From: Entomortierella parvispora E1425
Lineage: Eukaryota; Fungi; Mortierellomycota
Assembly: GCA_020891255.1 (NCBI GenBank)
Contig: BQFW01000012.1
Span: 1,860,001-1,924,000 of the forward strand
Length of the DNA stretch: 64,000 nt
Direction of reading: 5' to 3'
Shown here: positions 62,948 to 64,000 of the stretch, piece by piece
Layout: the number at the start of each line of letters is the position of its first letter
Position numbering within the stretch: the first letter of the stretch is position 1
The notes under the pieces: model-generated
The model's database searches: none
Seen by the model: the letters and a program-made list of their open reading frames with translations, nothing else
What the model was told of the DNA's origin: nothing
Made by a program: the position numbers and the translations under genes

Positions 62948-63421
62948 ATGCACTCCACTTCCTCCTTCCTCTTGGCGCTCTTCGCCGTCTTGGCCCTCTT
63001 CTCCATCACAGCCGAATCAAAAATGTCGATCAAGTTTGGCAAGAGCTTCAGCGGCAAGAACACTTGGTTCGCAGGAAAGGATGCCCAGTCCGTGGCCTGC
63101 TACGGAGATCTCGAAAACAACTCTCATGTGAACGCTGAGGATTCTTGGCACATTGGCGCCGTGAACATGGACTCTTACTCTGGAGGAGAGAAGGCCGCTT
63201 GCTTCGAATGCGCCAAGATCACCTACAAGAAGCGCTCGGTCATCATCCGCATCATTGACGACTGTGCAGGCTGTGACTCGAACCAGATCGATCTTTCCAT
63301 GGATGCCTTCACCTCCTTGGCCCCCGCCTCTGTGGGTGAGATCAACACCAGCATCCAATGGGTCAAGTGCCCCACCAAGGGCATCAAGTGGCCCAGTACC
63401 CCCAAGGTCAAGAGCTCGTAA
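62948..63421 (+). CDS. Secreted RlpA-like double-psi beta-barrel (DPBB) protein, loosenin/expansin-related, 157 aa, intronless
   Basis: Signal peptide MHSTSSFLLALFAVLALFSITA; G..T.F, AC, CF.CAKI, V.IRIIDDCAGC...IDLS..AF..LA...GEI...IQW. Confidence 0.85.
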   Translation: MHSTSSFLLALFAVLALFSITAESKMSIKFGKSFSGKNTWFAGKDAQSVACYGDLENNSHVNAEDSWHIGAVNMDSYSGGEKAACFECAKITYKKRSVIIRIIDDCAGCDSNQIDLSMDAFTSLAPASVGEINTSIQWVKCPTKGIKWPSTPKVKSS

Positions 63422-64000
63422 AGGAAGAGCAAACAGCCTTTTTTTTCCGACGCGACCTCTTTGGGGGCCGCACAGTTGAACCCGGCCCACAGAAACGAAT
63501 CTACACTACAAAAAAGAACGAGTTGAAAGGTCTTTCCCTTTCTTTTCCTTCAGAGTCATGAGCAAAAAAATGTCTGCCGAAAACAAAAAGAGGAATGATT
63601 CTGGTAATCGTCCCTCATATACTTGTACCTATCCTCTGTATCTAATTTGTATCTACAACCACCTACCACCATGCATCTCCATAATAAAAAAAAAAATACA
63701 AAAACATGCCTTCCAATACTCGTGCTACCATCGATTTGCTTTGCTTTTTCAAAGTGAGCTCTTTTGTGTATCCTTCCTGTGATAATATTTGAAGATAGAA
63801 AAAAAAAACTGCATGCGCACAGGGCACCGCCCAATTTCATCGAATCGGGAAGTGGTTTTGTCCAGCTGGATCCCATCTCGATCAATTTAATTTTTTATTA
63901 AGATTTTTTTTCCCCAATTCAAGCCAGGAATGAAGAACCTATGGGATGCAATGAATAATATCCAATGTGATGAGGGCGTTTATTAACATTGTAATGAGGC

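Noticed and set aside
1-64000. Transposons, tRNA and rRNA genes
   Set aside because: I saw no transposase/RT/integrase motifs, LTRs, TIRs, tRNA cloverleafs or rRNA signatures by eye; short or degenerate elements could be missed without tRNAscan-SE, Infernal or RepeatMasker.

Overview
Gene-dense, intron-containing fungal genomic DNA, most likely an early-diverging fungus of the Mortierellaceae type (inference from gene content, short GT-AG introns with long poly-T tracts and roughly 50% GC; not verified). I can build about 24 protein-coding genes: ELP1 (3' part), ARFRP1/Arl3, a SET-domain protein, an ASDURF-like microprotein, an EDEM3/Mnl1-type GH47-PA mannosidase, LSM7, NDUFA1, an ATF2-like bZIP, YPD1, CIA30, NOG2, COX6A/COX13, an ALO-family FAD oxidase, FTR1, a PDR-type ABCG transporter, peroxisomal thiolase, WSS1, NSR1, Atf1, a HAD 5'(3')-nucleotidase-like protein, a Zn2Cys6 factor with a polyQ tract, an ING PHD protein, an orphan tail-anchored protein and a secreted DPBB/expansin-like protein. 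Two genes (ASDURF-like and NDUFA1) are absent from the ORF track and were assembled by hand from four small exons each. Best leads: (1) a free-standing 70-aa gene resembling the human PAQosome prefoldin-like subunit ASDURF; (2) a fungal bZIP with an ATF2-type TPTRFL...PFE motif; (3) an identical 12-bp CRE-containing motif upstream of two respiratory-chain subunit genes; (4) paired SreA-type ATCTGATAA sites at FTR1; (5) a Trp-to-Gln change in the Arf WDxGGQ motif of ARFRP1. I found no transposon, tRNA, rRNA or CRISPR array. Family assignments rest on motifs recalled from memory; no searches were run.
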